A DNA stretch of 56,634 bases from an uncultured delta proteobacterium (GTDB lineage Bacteria; Myxococcota; Myxococcia; Myxococcales; Anaeromyxobacteraceae), in the NCBI GenBank assembly GCA_963845515.1, contig CAWJSR010000038.1:1-56634 (forward strand). Reading direction: 5' to 3'. Of the stretch, positions 29,860 to 39,831 are shown in pieces. Position 1 is the first letter of the stretch; every line of letters starts with the position of its first letter. The position numbers and the translations under genes were made by a program. Under the pieces are notes generated by a model. The model did no database searches, was not told the DNA's origin, and saw only the letters and a program-made list of their open reading frames with translations.

Positions 29860-31107
29860 ATGAAACCTCCCGCCCTCTACCCGCGATTCGCCGAAGACAG
29901 GCTCCTGGAGGCGCTCGCCGACACCCCCGTCGTCCTGCTCCACGGTCCCCGGCAGTCCGGGAAGACAACGCTGGCGCGCGCGGTCGGGGATCGGTCGGGA
30001 TACGGGTACTTCACCTTCGACGACGCCGGCACGCTGGCCGCGGCCACCGAGGACCCCGTCGGCTTCGTGGACGAGCTGCCCGCGCGGGTCATCCTCGACG
30101 AGGTCCAGCGCGTCCCCCACCTGTTCTCCACGCTGAAGGTCGCCGTCGACCGCCACAGGACCCCGGGCCGATTTCTGCTCACCGGATCGGCGAACGTCCT
30201 GCTGGTTCCCCACCTGTCCGACTCGCTCGCGGGAAGGATGGAGATCGTGCGGCTACATCCGCTGACCCAGGCGGAGCTTGCGGGCAAGGACGTGGACTTC
30301 GTCGGGGCCCTGTTCGACGGCAAGTTCCCGTCCGGAAGCCGCCCCCGACTGGCCCGCGAGCTTGCCGAGCGCATCGCGGCGGGTGGCTACCCGGCGGCCG
30401 TCCAGCGCCCCTCCGCCCGGCGGCGGGCTGCGTGGTACCGGGACTACATCGAGGCGCTCGTCCAAAGAGACGTCAGGGAGCTCTCGCGCATCTCCGCGCT
30501 CGATGCACTGCCCAGGCTCCTGTCTCTCGCGGCCGGCCAGACTGCGAGGCTCCTCAACGTCTCCGACCTGGCCGCGCCGTTCCAGGTCAGTCGCCCCACC
30601 ATCCGCGATTACGTCACGCTGCTCGAGCGGGTCTTCCTCATCGACACGCTCCCGCCCTGGCACTCCAACCGTCTCAGCCGGCTCGTGAAGACTCCGAAGC
30701 TTCACGTCGGCGACACGGGGCTCGCGTGCGCGCTGCTCGGCCTCGACGCAGAGGGGCTCTGGAAGGATCGGCCGGCCCTCGGTTCACTGCTGGAGACGTT
30801 CGTCTTCCAGGAGCTGCGCCGGCAGGCCAGCTGGCGGCACGAGGGTGTGCGCTTCTTCCATTATCGGGACCGCGACGGGGTCGAGGTGGACCTGGTCCTG
30901 GAGCGGGGCGCCACGGAGCTCGCCGGAGTGGAGGTGAAGGCGGGTGCGACCGTGACCGCGTCGGACTTCCGCGGCCTGCGGCGCCTGCAGCAGGCCACCG
31001 GCGCCCGCTTCAAGGGCGGCGTCGTACTGTACGACGGCGAGGCGACGCTTCCGTTCGGCGACGGACTCCACGCTGTGCCCATCCGCCGGCTCTGGGAGCT
31101 TGCATAG
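29860..31107 (+). CDS. AAA+ ATPase with DUF4143 C-terminus
   Basis: GPRQSGKTT, ILDEVQR, LTGSA, KTPKLH..DTG, EVDLVLE...EVK. Confidence 0.92.
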   Translation: MKPPALYPRFAEDRLLEALADTPVVLLHGPRQSGKTTLARAVGDRSGYGYFTFDDAGTLAAATEDPVGFVDELPARVILDEVQRVPHLFSTLKVAVDRHRTPGRFLLTGSANVLLVPHLSDSLAGRMEIVRLHPLTQAELAGKDVDFVGALFDGKFPSGSRPRLARELAERIAAGGYPAAVQRPSARRRAAWYRDYIEALVQRDVRELSRISALDALPRLLSLAAGQTARLLNVSDLAAPFQVSRPTIRDYVTLLERVFLIDTLPPWHSNRLSRLVKTPKLHVGDTGLACALLGLDAEGLWKDRPALGSLLETFVFQELRRQASWRHEGVRFFHYRDRDGVEVDLVLERGATELAGVEVKAGATVTASDFRGLRRLQQATGARFKGGVVLYDGEATLPFGDGLHAVPIRRLWELA

Positions 31108-31164
31108 GTGGTCCGCACGGGCTGCGTCTTCGTCGACCGTTCGGAGCCGTGACGCCGACAGGCT

Positions 31165-31905
31165 CTACCGGTAGATCCTCTCCAGCTCCCCCAGCCTCTC
31201 CTCGAAGGTCTCGGCCACGTCCGCCGGCCCCACCAGCGCAGCCTCGCCGCCCAGCCCCAGCAGCACGCCGAACAGGTAGTTCCCGGGATTGGAGCGCGTC
31301 GTGACGGAGACCGCGCCCCCCTGCTCCTCGCGGAGCCGGCCGACCTTGCGGTCTCGGGCGTGAAGCGCGCTGACACCGGAGTAGCGGATCGTCACGTCCC
31401 GCTCCTGGCCGGACTCGAAGAAGAGGTTCTTCGAGTAGCGGGCGGTCGGCGGCCCCTTGTGCTCTCCGAAGACGCGGGTGCCGGGGACGACCGTGGCGAT
31501 CCGATCGAGCCGATAGAGATGCTCCTCGCCCCTCGCGATGTTCCACGCGGCGAGGTACCAGCGGCCGTCCCGCTGGAAGAGGGTGCGCGGCTCGACGGTC
31601 CTGGACTCGACGCGATCGTCGGCGACGGCCCGGTACTCCAGGACGGTCTCCAGCCGCTTCGCGATCGCCTCGGCGAGGGCCCCGGCCCAGGGCTCGGGCG
31701 GCGCGATGGCGCGTTCTCCAGATCCTCGCGCAGCGGATGGTCGGAGTGGCGCAGCGCGGCGACCGCCGCGGTCCAGACGGCGAGCGCCTCGTCCTGGCCC
31801 AGCTCGACTGCGGGAAGCTTCGAGGAGCGGGGATCGATGAGGTAGCTCTCGTCGCCGGCCTTCGCGAGGACGAAGCCGAGCCGCTTGATGGCGGCCTTGT
31901 CGCGG
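31165..31905 (-). pseudogene. PafB/PafC-like WYL regulator remnant (deletion fusion, 5'-truncated by IS630)
   Basis: DKAAIKRLG...YLID...HPLREDLENA, then out of frame RTVEPRTLFQRDGRWYLAAW...YRLDRI...VGPADV. Confidence 0.7.
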
Positions 31906-31926
31906 GACTGGCCACGCACTCCCCCT

Positions 31927-33141
31927 AGTGCTCCGACCCAGCGGAGGCGATCAGAGAGCTTGCGCTGGGGTGAGTGATTTGATCTACAGCCATGGCGGTG
32001 AGCTCACGAAAGAAGACGGCCGGCGAGTTCCCCGGGCTCGAGCTTTCTGCCGAGGACCGGGTGGAATTGAAGGCCTTGGCCAAGAAGAAGGTGAAGGCGC
32101 GGGTCTGGCGGCGCGTGCGCATTCTGCAGCTGCTCGATCGGGGCTGGACCATGGCCGACACTGCGACGGCCGCCGGCACGTACCCGAGGGAGGTTCGCCG
32201 GGTCGGGTGGCGCTTCCTGAAGGGTGGGCTCGCCGAGGCGCTTGGCGAGGATGCGCGGCCCACGTCGCCGAGGCTCCTGGACGCGCGGAAGGAGGCGGCG
32301 ATCGTGGCGATGGTCTGCGCGCCGCCACCGCCGGGTCGGGCGGAGTGGACGTTGACGTTGATCGCCGAGGAGGCGGCTCGCCGAAAGATCGTCGCCACGG
32401 TGGGCCGAGAGACGATCCGCAGGATGCTGAATCGCCACGAGCTGAAGCCGTGGCGGGAAAAAAATGTGGTGCGTCCCGAAGGTGGATGAGGAGTACCTGA
32501 CGCGGATGGAAGACGTGCTCGAAACCCTTGCCAAGCCTGTCGATGAGCGCGAGCCCGTCGTGGCGCTCGACGAGCGAGCCGGTCCAGCTCCTCGACTCGG
32601 CACGGCCCGGCACGCCCATGGCGCCTGGCCGGGTCGCCCGCCGCGACTACGAGTACGTGCGCCACGGGACGGCCAACATCTTCTGTATCGTAGCGCCCAA
32701 GATTCGGCGGACACCTGACCCACGCCACGCGCGACCGCAAGGCGCCTCGGTTCGCCGACGCGGTGAAGAGAATCGCGGACGCCTTCCCGAAGGCCAAGTC
32801 CATCCACCTGGTGATGGACAACCTGAACACTCACTGCGAGAAGTCGCTCACTGACGCCTTCGGCGAGCTGGAGGGTCGCAGGCTCTGGCGGCGCTTCACC
32901 GTGCATCACACTCCCAAGCACGCGAGCTGGCTCAACCCCGCCGAGATCGAGGTCGGCCTCTGGTCTCGCGAATGTCTCGGCCGCGACCGCGTCGCCACCT
33001 TCGCCGAGCTGAGCCGCCGGACGCGCGCGTGGAACTCCCGCGCCAACGCCAGCCGACGGCGCATCAATTGGCAGTTCACCACAGCCGATGCACGGCGCGT
33101 CTTTGGCTACAAGCAGAGCGCTATGCATGGGTCGAAGCACT
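31927..33141 (+). mobile_element. IS630-family insertion sequence
   Basis: Terminal inverted repeats AGTGCT(C/T)CGACCCA at 31927-31940 and 33128-33141; TA at the left end. Confidence 0.85.
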
Positions 33142-33143
33142 GA
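31992..33143 (+). CDS. IS630 transposase, with a probable programmed -1 frameshift at G-A7 (32457-32464) and two extra indels
   Basis: HTH PPPGRAEWTL..LKPWRE; MWC...ALDE; YEYVRHGT; VMDNLNTH; TPKHASWLNPAEIE. Confidence 0.85.
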
Positions 33144-33173
33144 GAGCTCGTCGCACCAACGGCCCGAACGGCC

Positions 33174-33569
33174 CTACGTGTTGCGGGACCTCTCGGCGAG
33201 GGCCTCGTGCGCCTCGTTGACCGCCTTGCGGAACTCGAGCGGGTGCGCGATCGCGCGGAACGCCTCGTTCGTCCCGCCGGTGCCCTTCACGACGATCGAC
33301 CCGTAGTCGAGGATCCGCCCGAGGATGGTCTGCGCGACCTCGACGGACTCGATCTTCTCCAGCTTCACCTCGACCGTTCGCCGGGAGATGAACCCCACCT
33401 TGATGATCACCCGCCGGTTGGTCACGGCGAACTCAGACGACTTGCGCTCGATGATCGGCAGGATGAAGAGCGTCAGCAGCGCCTTGAGCGACACGAACAC
33501 GATCCAGTGAAGCTCGGCCCGATGCCTGATCTGCTCGCCCGTGATGAGGTTCTGTTCGACGTAGCCCAC
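33174..33569 (-). CDS. Bacterial PH-domain (bPH_2) membrane protein
   Basis: EFAVTNRRVIIKVG...KIESVEVAQTILGRILDYGSIVV. Confidence 0.85.
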   Translation of the reverse strand: MGYVEQNLITGEQIRHRAELHWIVFVSLKALLTLFILPIIERKSSEFAVTNRRVIIKVGFISRRTVEVKLEKIESVEVAQTILGRILDYGSIVVKGTGGTNEAFRAIAHPLEFRKAVNEAHEALAERSRNT

Positions 33570-33710
33570 TGCAAGACCCCCTGTGTGTCGGGAAGACCGC
33601 TGCCGCAGCCGGGCATCCTATCACCGGGTGAGGCGGCGTTCGGGTCCGCCACTCCTCGCGGCGCCATCACTCCTCGTGCTACCGTCCGCGCCACTTTCCC
33701 TGGAGGCAAC

Positions 33711-34217
33711 GTGGAGAAGATTCTCGGGTCGTTCGAGGCGCGGCAGGGCAACATGTGGACGAGCGACGTGCAGTACCAGGTCTTCGTGAGCCCGGACCGC
33801 GCCGTCGCGGTCCGGATCGGTGGACAGTTCGCCGGCCAGAGCCGCCAGCTCCTGACGCACCAGCTCGGCGTCATCGGCCTCCTGATCCACAAGGTGTTCC
33901 TGGAGAAGCGGGAGGCCCGCCGCAAGGCCGAGCAGGCGAAGGCGCTCGACCTCTGCACCATGAGCGAGCTGCTCGCGCGGCACCCGAAGAACTTCGAGCT
34001 GCCGTTCGTCGCCATCAAGCGCGCCCGGATCGACCGAAAGCGGTTCTCCATGCACGGGCAGACGGTGGCCCGCCTCGTGCTAGAGCCGCAGAGCGCCAAG
34101 CCGGTGGACCTGCTGCTGCAGAACGCGCCCCAGCTCGACGCCTGCCGGACGCTGCTCGGGAGCGTCCTCCCCGGCCGCCTGGCGCTCGATCCGAAGCTGC
34201 CCGCGCGCGCCAGCTAG
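33711..34217 (+). CDS. Hypothetical protein
   Basis: GGAGG RBS + GTG start; coding-like composition. Confidence 0.65.
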   Translation: MEKILGSFEARQGNMWTSDVQYQVFVSPDRAVAVRIGGQFAGQSRQLLTHQLGVIGLLIHKVFLEKREARRKAEQAKALDLCTMSELLARHPKNFELPFVAIKRARIDRKRFSMHGQTVARLVLEPQSAKPVDLLLQNAPQLDACRTLLGSVLPGRLALDPKLPARAS

Positions 34218-34219
34218 CG

Positions 34220-34543
34220 CTACTGGACGGCCGCCCCGGCCCGCCACGTCGTCCCCGCCTCGGCCGATGCCTCGACCTTCTTGAAGAACTGGCAGGCCTT
34301 CAGCAGGGCCCTGGGGACGGGGAAGTGGTGCACCACCGCGTAGGTCTCGGACAGGAGCATCACCATCGAGCGGTTGAACGCATCGTTCGCGATCCCGGCG
34401 TTGGCCAGGGCTTGCGGAAGCGTTTGGCCGTACCGCCCGGCCAGATCGCCGTCGTGCTGGCGCAGGTTGGCGTCGGTGGGGTTGAGGTGCGGGGCATTGA
34501 GCGCGAGGCTGAGGGTGACGAAGTCACGCTGGAAGGCGGCCAT
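34220..34543 (-). CDS. Small hypothetical protein
   Basis: GGAGGAG RBS; TGATG coupling to the upstream gene. Confidence 0.65.
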   Translation of the reverse strand: MAAFQRDFVTLSLALNAPHLNPTDANLRQHDGDLAGRYGQTLPQALANAGIANDAFNRSMVMLLSETYAVVHHFPVPRALLKACQFFKKVEASAEAGTTWRAGAAVQ

Positions 34544-35595
34544 CACTGCTCCTCCTGGAGGAAGGCGAGCCCGACGCCGACGAGCCAGTAGTCGCGCTGG
34601 CTGCGGAACTGGCCGGCGGGGTTCACGCCGTAGTAGCCGCGCAGGTAGAGGTGGCTGAGCCCGCCTCCCCAGACGGCCGGCGGACGGATCCCGGCCATGG
34701 CGTTCACCGACCACTGCACGTCCTCGCCATCCGACGCTGACGCGCGGTCGTAGCCGTAGACGGTGCGCGGGCGCAGGTCGATCGAGACGAACGGACGCCG
34801 GAGCCAGGTCCAGCGCTCGGCGGTAGGGTCCCCCTCGTACGCGGCCTCCAGGGCGAAGGACGGCTCGTAGTTGCGGCTCGACGTCGTGACGGTCGCGCCG
34901 CCGGGGTACTCGAGGTCCTGCCCGTACCAGCTCTCCTCGCGGGTGAAGGCGACCCAGAGGCACCGGGCCTGGGCCCGGGCCCGCCAAGACTCGAAGCGCG
35001 CGCCAGCCTGAAGCGCACCCTCCACGAACTGGAAGCTGACGTTCACCCTGCGGAAGGCGCTCCCGTACCGCTCGATGGCGTTGACCGTGAACTCGTCTCC
35101 GATGTGCGTGCTCTCGTGGCCAACGTAGACCTGGGCGCCGACGACGGCGAGCGCGCCCCGAGGGCTCCACCGGAGCCCCCGCTGCGCCTTCGCCATCAGC
35201 CCGAAGCGGTAGTCGACGTTCAGGATGGGGTTGGAGCGGTCCTTGCCGAGATCCTCGATCATGTGGAAGCCGACGGGGAGCCAGAGGCCGAACCCCGACT
35301 TCCCAGCCTCCAGCCAGTCGGATGACAGCGTCGAGTCGGAGAGCCCCGCCACCGGGATCTCCTTCCCCATGGTGATGTCCCAGGAGAGACCGGGTCGGTC
35401 GTGCACGGCGTAGGGCACCGACTCCGTGAGGACGGGGAAGGCGATCTTCAGGACCGCCGCGCGGGGGTCAGCGAGGATCGGGGCGAAGTAGGCCCGGTCC
35501 TCGAGGCCCCAGGCTTGCCACTGGGCCCATGCCGGACCCGAGTACCCCAGCGCCAGGACCGCCACTGCCAGCCACACCAGAGCACGTTCACGCAT
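34543..35595 (-). CDS. DUF1207-like exported / outer-membrane beta-barrel protein
   Basis: Signal peptide; FAPILADPR, LNVDYRFG, HESTHIGDEF, YYGVNPAGQF, terminal amphipathic strand. Confidence 0.7.
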   Translation of the reverse strand: MRERALVWLAVAVLALGYSGPAWAQWQAWGLEDRAYFAPILADPRAAVLKIAFPVLTESVPYAVHDRPGLSWDITMGKEIPVAGLSDSTLSSDWLEAGKSGFGLWLPVGFHMIEDLGKDRSNPILNVDYRFGLMAKAQRGLRWSPRGALAVVGAQVYVGHESTHIGDEFTVNAIERYGSAFRRVNVSFQFVEGALQAGARFESWRARAQARCLWVAFTREESWYGQDLEYPGGATVTTSSRNYEPSFALEAAYEGDPTAERWTWLRRPFVSIDLRPRTVYGYDRASASDGEDVQWSVNAMAGIRPPAVWGGGLSHLYLRGYYGVNPAGQFRSQRDYWLVGVGLAFLQEEQ

Positions 35596-35627
35596 GGTCG
35601 CCTCGACCGCAGTGAATCCCGTCCCTT

Positions 35628-38600
35628 CTAGTGCCGGCTCGGCCCTGCGGCGCCCACGGTGGCCGCCGCCCTCATCGCCGCCGCTGCCTCCAGCCGTTCG
35701 TCTGCCAGCCGAGAGAGGTCTGCCATGTCGCTCGGGCGGAACCTCCCGGGACGTGGTGGCTTGCGCAGCACGTCGTCGACCAACGCCATGGCCAGGAACT
35801 CTCCGAGGTGGCGGTAGCTCTCGAACTGGGACTCGGTGAACCACTGGTCCGCGGTGGACTCGTGCGGGAACGTCCGCGAGCGGCGCGCGTAGGCGCGGAC
35901 GTCGGCGGGGATCGCGCGTCCCTTCAGCGCAACGGTCGGCTTCAGATAGATGAGCGTTCCGGGCCTGGCGTCCATGCCGTCGACGTCCTCGTAGTGGATC
36001 CGCGCGAGCGCGAACGCCTCGCCCCGGCGGCCCCTCGCGTGGATGTCGAGCCCCTGCTCGAAGTCGATCCGGACGCCGAAGTCGATCCGGATCTTCCGCA
36101 GCGCGTTGCCGAGATCCTCGAAGCTCGCCTTCCGGTCGGCGCCAGCGTCGCTGACGACGATCAGCCGGCAGCGGCGCAGGACGGCCTCGTAGAGCCCGAG
36201 GTTGTCGAAGTGGCCGCCGTCGGAGAGGTTGACGTAGCTTCCGTCGCCGTCCGTCTTTCCGAGGAGCTCGCGGAGCAGGGCGACGGCGGCGTTGCGCGGA
36301 CCCGACCTTCCCTGCACGCGCCCACCCGGAGCGCCAGGATTCGGGAGCCAGGAGCCGAGCCTCGCGTTGAAGAGGGCCATCACGAACGTGACGAGGGGGG
36401 AGGAGACGTACCCCATGTTCGGGTTGGCGGCCGCGCCCGAGATGGCCATCGCCGTCCCAAGCCCGATCCCGCCTTTGCCCGCGTACGTGTCCGTCAGCCG
36501 GTAGCCGTCGTGGAAGTTGCCGCAGTGGAGCGGCGTCATCGAGAACGATTCCCCTCTTCGCTCCTGCCACGCCAGCTTCCTGCCGGCGACGAGGTTGAGC
36601 GTGGCGTTGAAGATCGACAGCGGCCGCGGGTCGCCGCCCGACCTGACCAGGGAGGTGAGCGCCGGGTCGTCCTTCGGATCGAAGCCGCTGAATGGATCCG
36701 CTTCACGCTGGCTGCCGCGCGAAGCCCCGAGGAAGGCGCGGACGAGCCGGGCGCGATAGAGCCCCTGGAGCGAGCAGCGGTTGGCATCGACGACGAACCC
36801 GAGCAGGAAGCCGAGCCCGAGGAGCGCCGCGGAGACTGCCAGCTCGGCGATCATCAGGTCGAGGCTCACCGTCACGTGGGCGGCGCCCGGCTCCGGATCC
36901 GCCAACGGACAGGCCTCGAGCCAGGGCAGCGCGCGGCAGGCGGCGCCGCCCGCGGCGATGTTCCCGCCCGCGAGCACGGCCAGCAGCGCGGTGAGCCCCA
37001 CGGCGGCGGCGATGAGGACCGCGTTCTCCTTGAGCACGTTGGCGGCGCTCTTCTTCAGCTCCTTTCCGAATGGGAGCTTCTCGCTCATTCCAGCCAGGGC
37101 CGCGCCACCTCCCACGCCCACCCACGCAGCGGCCGCAGAGAGGGACGCCCCATCCACGCCGAGGAGCCACTCCCCGATGCCGGCGGTCACGAAGAGGAGC
37201 ACCCAGGCGCTGGCGCCCGCGAGGATCAGGCCGGACTGGCGCCCCCACCACTCGCGCCCGGCCTCACCAAGCGCCTGCGCGCTGACGGAGTCTTCGGCGC
37301 CGTGCTCGTGATGCCCCATGAACGCGATGAAGATGCTGCGCGCGAGCAGCACCGCGAGGACGAGGATCGGCGGCGCCGCCGCGGCGAACGACGCGGCATG
37401 GTGCCATTGGAGCCAGGCCCAGTTCGGCAGGAGCGCGTTCCAGCCCTTCGCCGCCAGGATCAGCGCTCCTCCCGCCAGCGCGCCCGACAGGATCAGCGCC
37501 GACATCTCCGCCGCAGGCTCGAGGGCGCTCCAGGGGTGGGGCCGCGCGGGCGCCGTCCTGCCCGGTCGAGCGGCCTCGACGGCCCCGTCGATGATCCACG
37601 CGAGCGTCCACCCGGCGAGCGGAACGATCAGCGTCCAGGCCGCCAGGACCAGGAGCAGGCCGGGATCCGACGGCTCCAGGTGCGCTGCGTTCCCCGGAAA
37701 CAGCTGCGCGTCCGCAACGGGAGGTCCCGCCCACGAGAGGAGGACCGCTGCGGCGCCGAGCAGGGCCGCCGCCGCGATCGGCAGGACCTTGCGCGCGCGA
37801 CGGTGCTCCGCGCCGGGCTCGGCCCGCCGCCGCTGCAGGTAGAAGGAGAGGGTCGCAGCGACGCCCGCCAACGCCAGCGCCACCACGATCGCCGATGGCG
37901 AGGTGCCGATCCGGACGTCGAACACGTACATGGCGAGGACCGGGATCCCCATCGCGCCCGCGAGGATGGGGAGAAACACCAGCCAGTTGAGCACGATGTT
38001 GCGCAGCACGATGGCGGCGAGCGCCCAGGTGTCCCCGGAGAAGAGACCGAGGCGCGGCGTCAGGAAGTTGCTGAACTCCCGAAGGTGCTCGACGGCTCGA
38101 GGCTCGGGGGCGTGCGGTGAGCTCGGAGGGACCCCGAGAATCCTGCCGTCGACGCGCGGCACCCTGCCGAGCCTCGCCACGTACCTGCGGGCCTTGCGGA
38201 CCCCTCCCCAACGGGCCATCCACGCCTGGAGCCAGCCGGCGATGTAGCCGCCGCCCGAGACGCTCGACAGGTAGTCGAAGGTCGGGAGCCAGCCGCGCTT
38301 CGCGAATGCCTGGATGACGCCTAGGTTGAACGACGCGCTCCGGATTCCGCCGCCCGAGAGACACAGCGCGGAGAGCGGCTGGTCAGCCTTCCCCACCGCG
38401 TCGTAGAGGCTGGAGGTGGCGGCGTCCCAGGCGACCCAGTACTTCCGGTCTTCCGGATTTTCTCCGGCGCCCTCCCTCGGCGGAGGCATGGCCCTGGCGG
38501 CGGCGATCGCGTCGTCGGCGTCAGCCAGATCGAGGCGTACGCCCCCGTCGGGATGAGCGGGATTCGCTTGCCGGAGAAGTCTCAACTCGTCGCGAAACAC

Positions 38601-38648
38601 CTCTGCAAAGCGGAGCGGAGGGACAGCCTTCCGATCGCCAGGCGTCAT
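35628..38648 (-). CDS. Patatin/cPLA2-like phospholipase with a large multi-TM insertion
   Basis: LCLSGGGIRSA, SSVSGGG nucleophile, LSDGGHFDNLG, FPHESTADQWF. Confidence 0.85.
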   Translation of the reverse strand: MTPGDRKAVPPLRFAEVFRDELRLLRQANPAHPDGGVRLDLADADDAIAAARAMPPPREGAGENPEDRKYWVAWDAATSSLYDAVGKADQPLSALCLSGGGIRSASFNLGVIQAFAKRGWLPTFDYLSSVSGGGYIAGWLQAWMARWGGVRKARRYVARLGRVPRVDGRILGVPPSSPHAPEPRAVEHLREFSNFLTPRLGLFSGDTWALAAIVLRNIVLNWLVFLPILAGAMGIPVLAMYVFDVRIGTSPSAIVVALALAGVAATLSFYLQRRRAEPGAEHRRARKVLPIAAAALLGAAAVLLSWAGPPVADAQLFPGNAAHLEPSDPGLLLVLAAWTLIVPLAGWTLAWIIDGAVEAARPGRTAPARPHPWSALEPAAEMSALILSGALAGGALILAAKGWNALLPNWAWLQWHHAASFAAAAPPILVLAVLLARSIFIAFMGHHEHGAEDSVSAQALGEAGREWWGRQSGLILAGASAWVLLFVTAGIGEWLLGVDGASLSAAAAWVGVGGGAALAGMSEKLPFGKELKKSAANVLKENAVLIAAAVGLTALLAVLAGGNIAAGGAACRALPWLEACPLADPEPGAAHVTVSLDLMIAELAVSAALLGLGFLLGFVVDANRCSLQGLYRARLVRAFLGASRGSQREADPFSGFDPKDDPALTSLVRSGGDPRPLSIFNATLNLVAGRKLAWQERRGESFSMTPLHCGNFHDGYRLTDTYAGKGGIGLGTAMAISGAAANPNMGYVSSPLVTFVMALFNARLGSWLPNPGAPGGRVQGRSGPRNAAVALLRELLGKTDGDGSYVNLSDGGHFDNLGLYEAVLRRCRLIVVSDAGADRKASFEDLGNALRKIRIDFGVRIDFEQGLDIHARGRRGEAFALARIHYEDVDGMDARPGTLIYLKPTVALKGRAIPADVRAYARRSRTFPHESTADQWFTESQFESYRHLGEFLAMALVDDVLRKPPRPGRFRPSDMADLSRLADERLEAAAAMRAAATVGAAGPSRH

Positions 38649-38793
38649 ACGGGCCTCTGCACGCAGAGTGTGCATTGCAGAGGCAGTCGCAAATGGCCCA
38701 TCGGGGACGGCTGCCGCAGCCCGTCACCCCGTCAGCGGGCTGAAGCCCTCCAGCTCCTCGACCAGGCCCTGCGCATCGATCCTCCCCTTTCGC

Positions 38794-39816
38794 TCAACGG
38801 TTGAAGGGCTGCACGACCGGCGGCGCGGCGACTATCTCGAGTGCCCGCGCTGACCACGAGTCAGCCACTGCCTGCGTCCCGCCTTCCCCGGCGTGCGGGC
38901 CGATGATCCAGGTCTCCGCGGCGGGGATCCCCGCGCCCGCGTACGCGTAGAGGTCGGTCGTCGCGTTGCCGTAGGCCTGGTCGAGGACGAAGCCCTGCGC
39001 GGTGAGCCCCTCCAGCCAGGCGCGCTTGAAGTCGCCGACGCCGGACTCCACCGGGAGCGCCTCGGCGTTCGTGTCTGTGGTGTGAAGCGCCCCGGTCGCG
39101 AAGCCGCCGGCCGTGAGCCACGCGCGCGTCTTCTCCGTCAGCCAGTACGGCCGCCCGGTGAGGTAGACCACCACCCACCCGCGATCGGCGAGGGCGTGCG
39201 TGAGCTCGGGGCCGCCCGGCCACGCCGCCGGCACGTCGTCTCCGCTGAAGATCGGCTCGAAGAGATCGGTGAGCACGTCGACGACCAGCTCCTCGTCGCT
39301 CGTGGTGAGCGTGCCGTCGATGTCGGAGATGGCGAGGTGCGTGCCGGGAGGCAGGATCCAGAGCCTCCCCGGGGCGACGGAAGCGTCCCCCAGCACCTCC
39401 AGCCGGACGTCGTAGACGCCGATCGGCAGCGGCTCGGCCACGGTGAAGGCGATCCGCCCGTCCGAGCTCGTCTTCGCCTCGCCCAGCGAGCGCCAGCCGG
39501 TGCAGTCGCCGAGGTAGACACGGACCGTCTCGTCCTGCAGATCCTTCGAGACCGCGCCGTACGCGAACTTCCCATGGATGACCGCCGGCGCGCCGGGGGT
39601 GACGATCGGGTCCTGCATCGAGTGGCCTGGAGCTGCCAGGGCGATCACCTCGTTGGCGAGGTGGTCGAAGCCGCGGGCCCTCGCCGGAGTGAAGGGCGTC
39701 CCGACGCACCAGGCGAGGGACGGGGCCGCCCCGTCGTCGACGGCCGGAGCCGGCCCGCAGCCGAGCGGTGCCACCAGGGCGAGGAGGAGGAGCGCGCGGA
39801 TCGAGGGTGAGCCCAT
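38794..39816 (-). CDS. Lipoprotein with LNS2/lipin-like HAD domain
   Basis: Lipobox PLGC; SDIDGTLT; YLTGRPY; AYGNATTD. Confidence 0.8.
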   Translation of the reverse strand: MGSPSIRALLLLALVAPLGCGPAPAVDDGAAPSLAWCVGTPFTPARARGFDHLANEVIALAAPGHSMQDPIVTPGAPAVIHGKFAYGAVSKDLQDETVRVYLGDCTGWRSLGEAKTSSDGRIAFTVAEPLPIGVYDVRLEVLGDASVAPGRLWILPPGTHLAISDIDGTLTTSDEELVVDVLTDLFEPIFSGDDVPAAWPGGPELTHALADRGWVVVYLTGRPYWLTEKTRAWLTAGGFATGALHTTDTNAEALPVESGVGDFKRAWLEGLTAQGFVLDQAYGNATTDLYAYAGAGIPAAETWIIGPHAGEGGTQAVADSWSARALEIVAAPPVVQPFNR

Positions 39817-39831
39817 GGCTTCCACCCGCCG

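Noticed and set aside
35631..38120. 829-aa plus-strand ORF
   Set aside because: Antisense to the patatin-like gene
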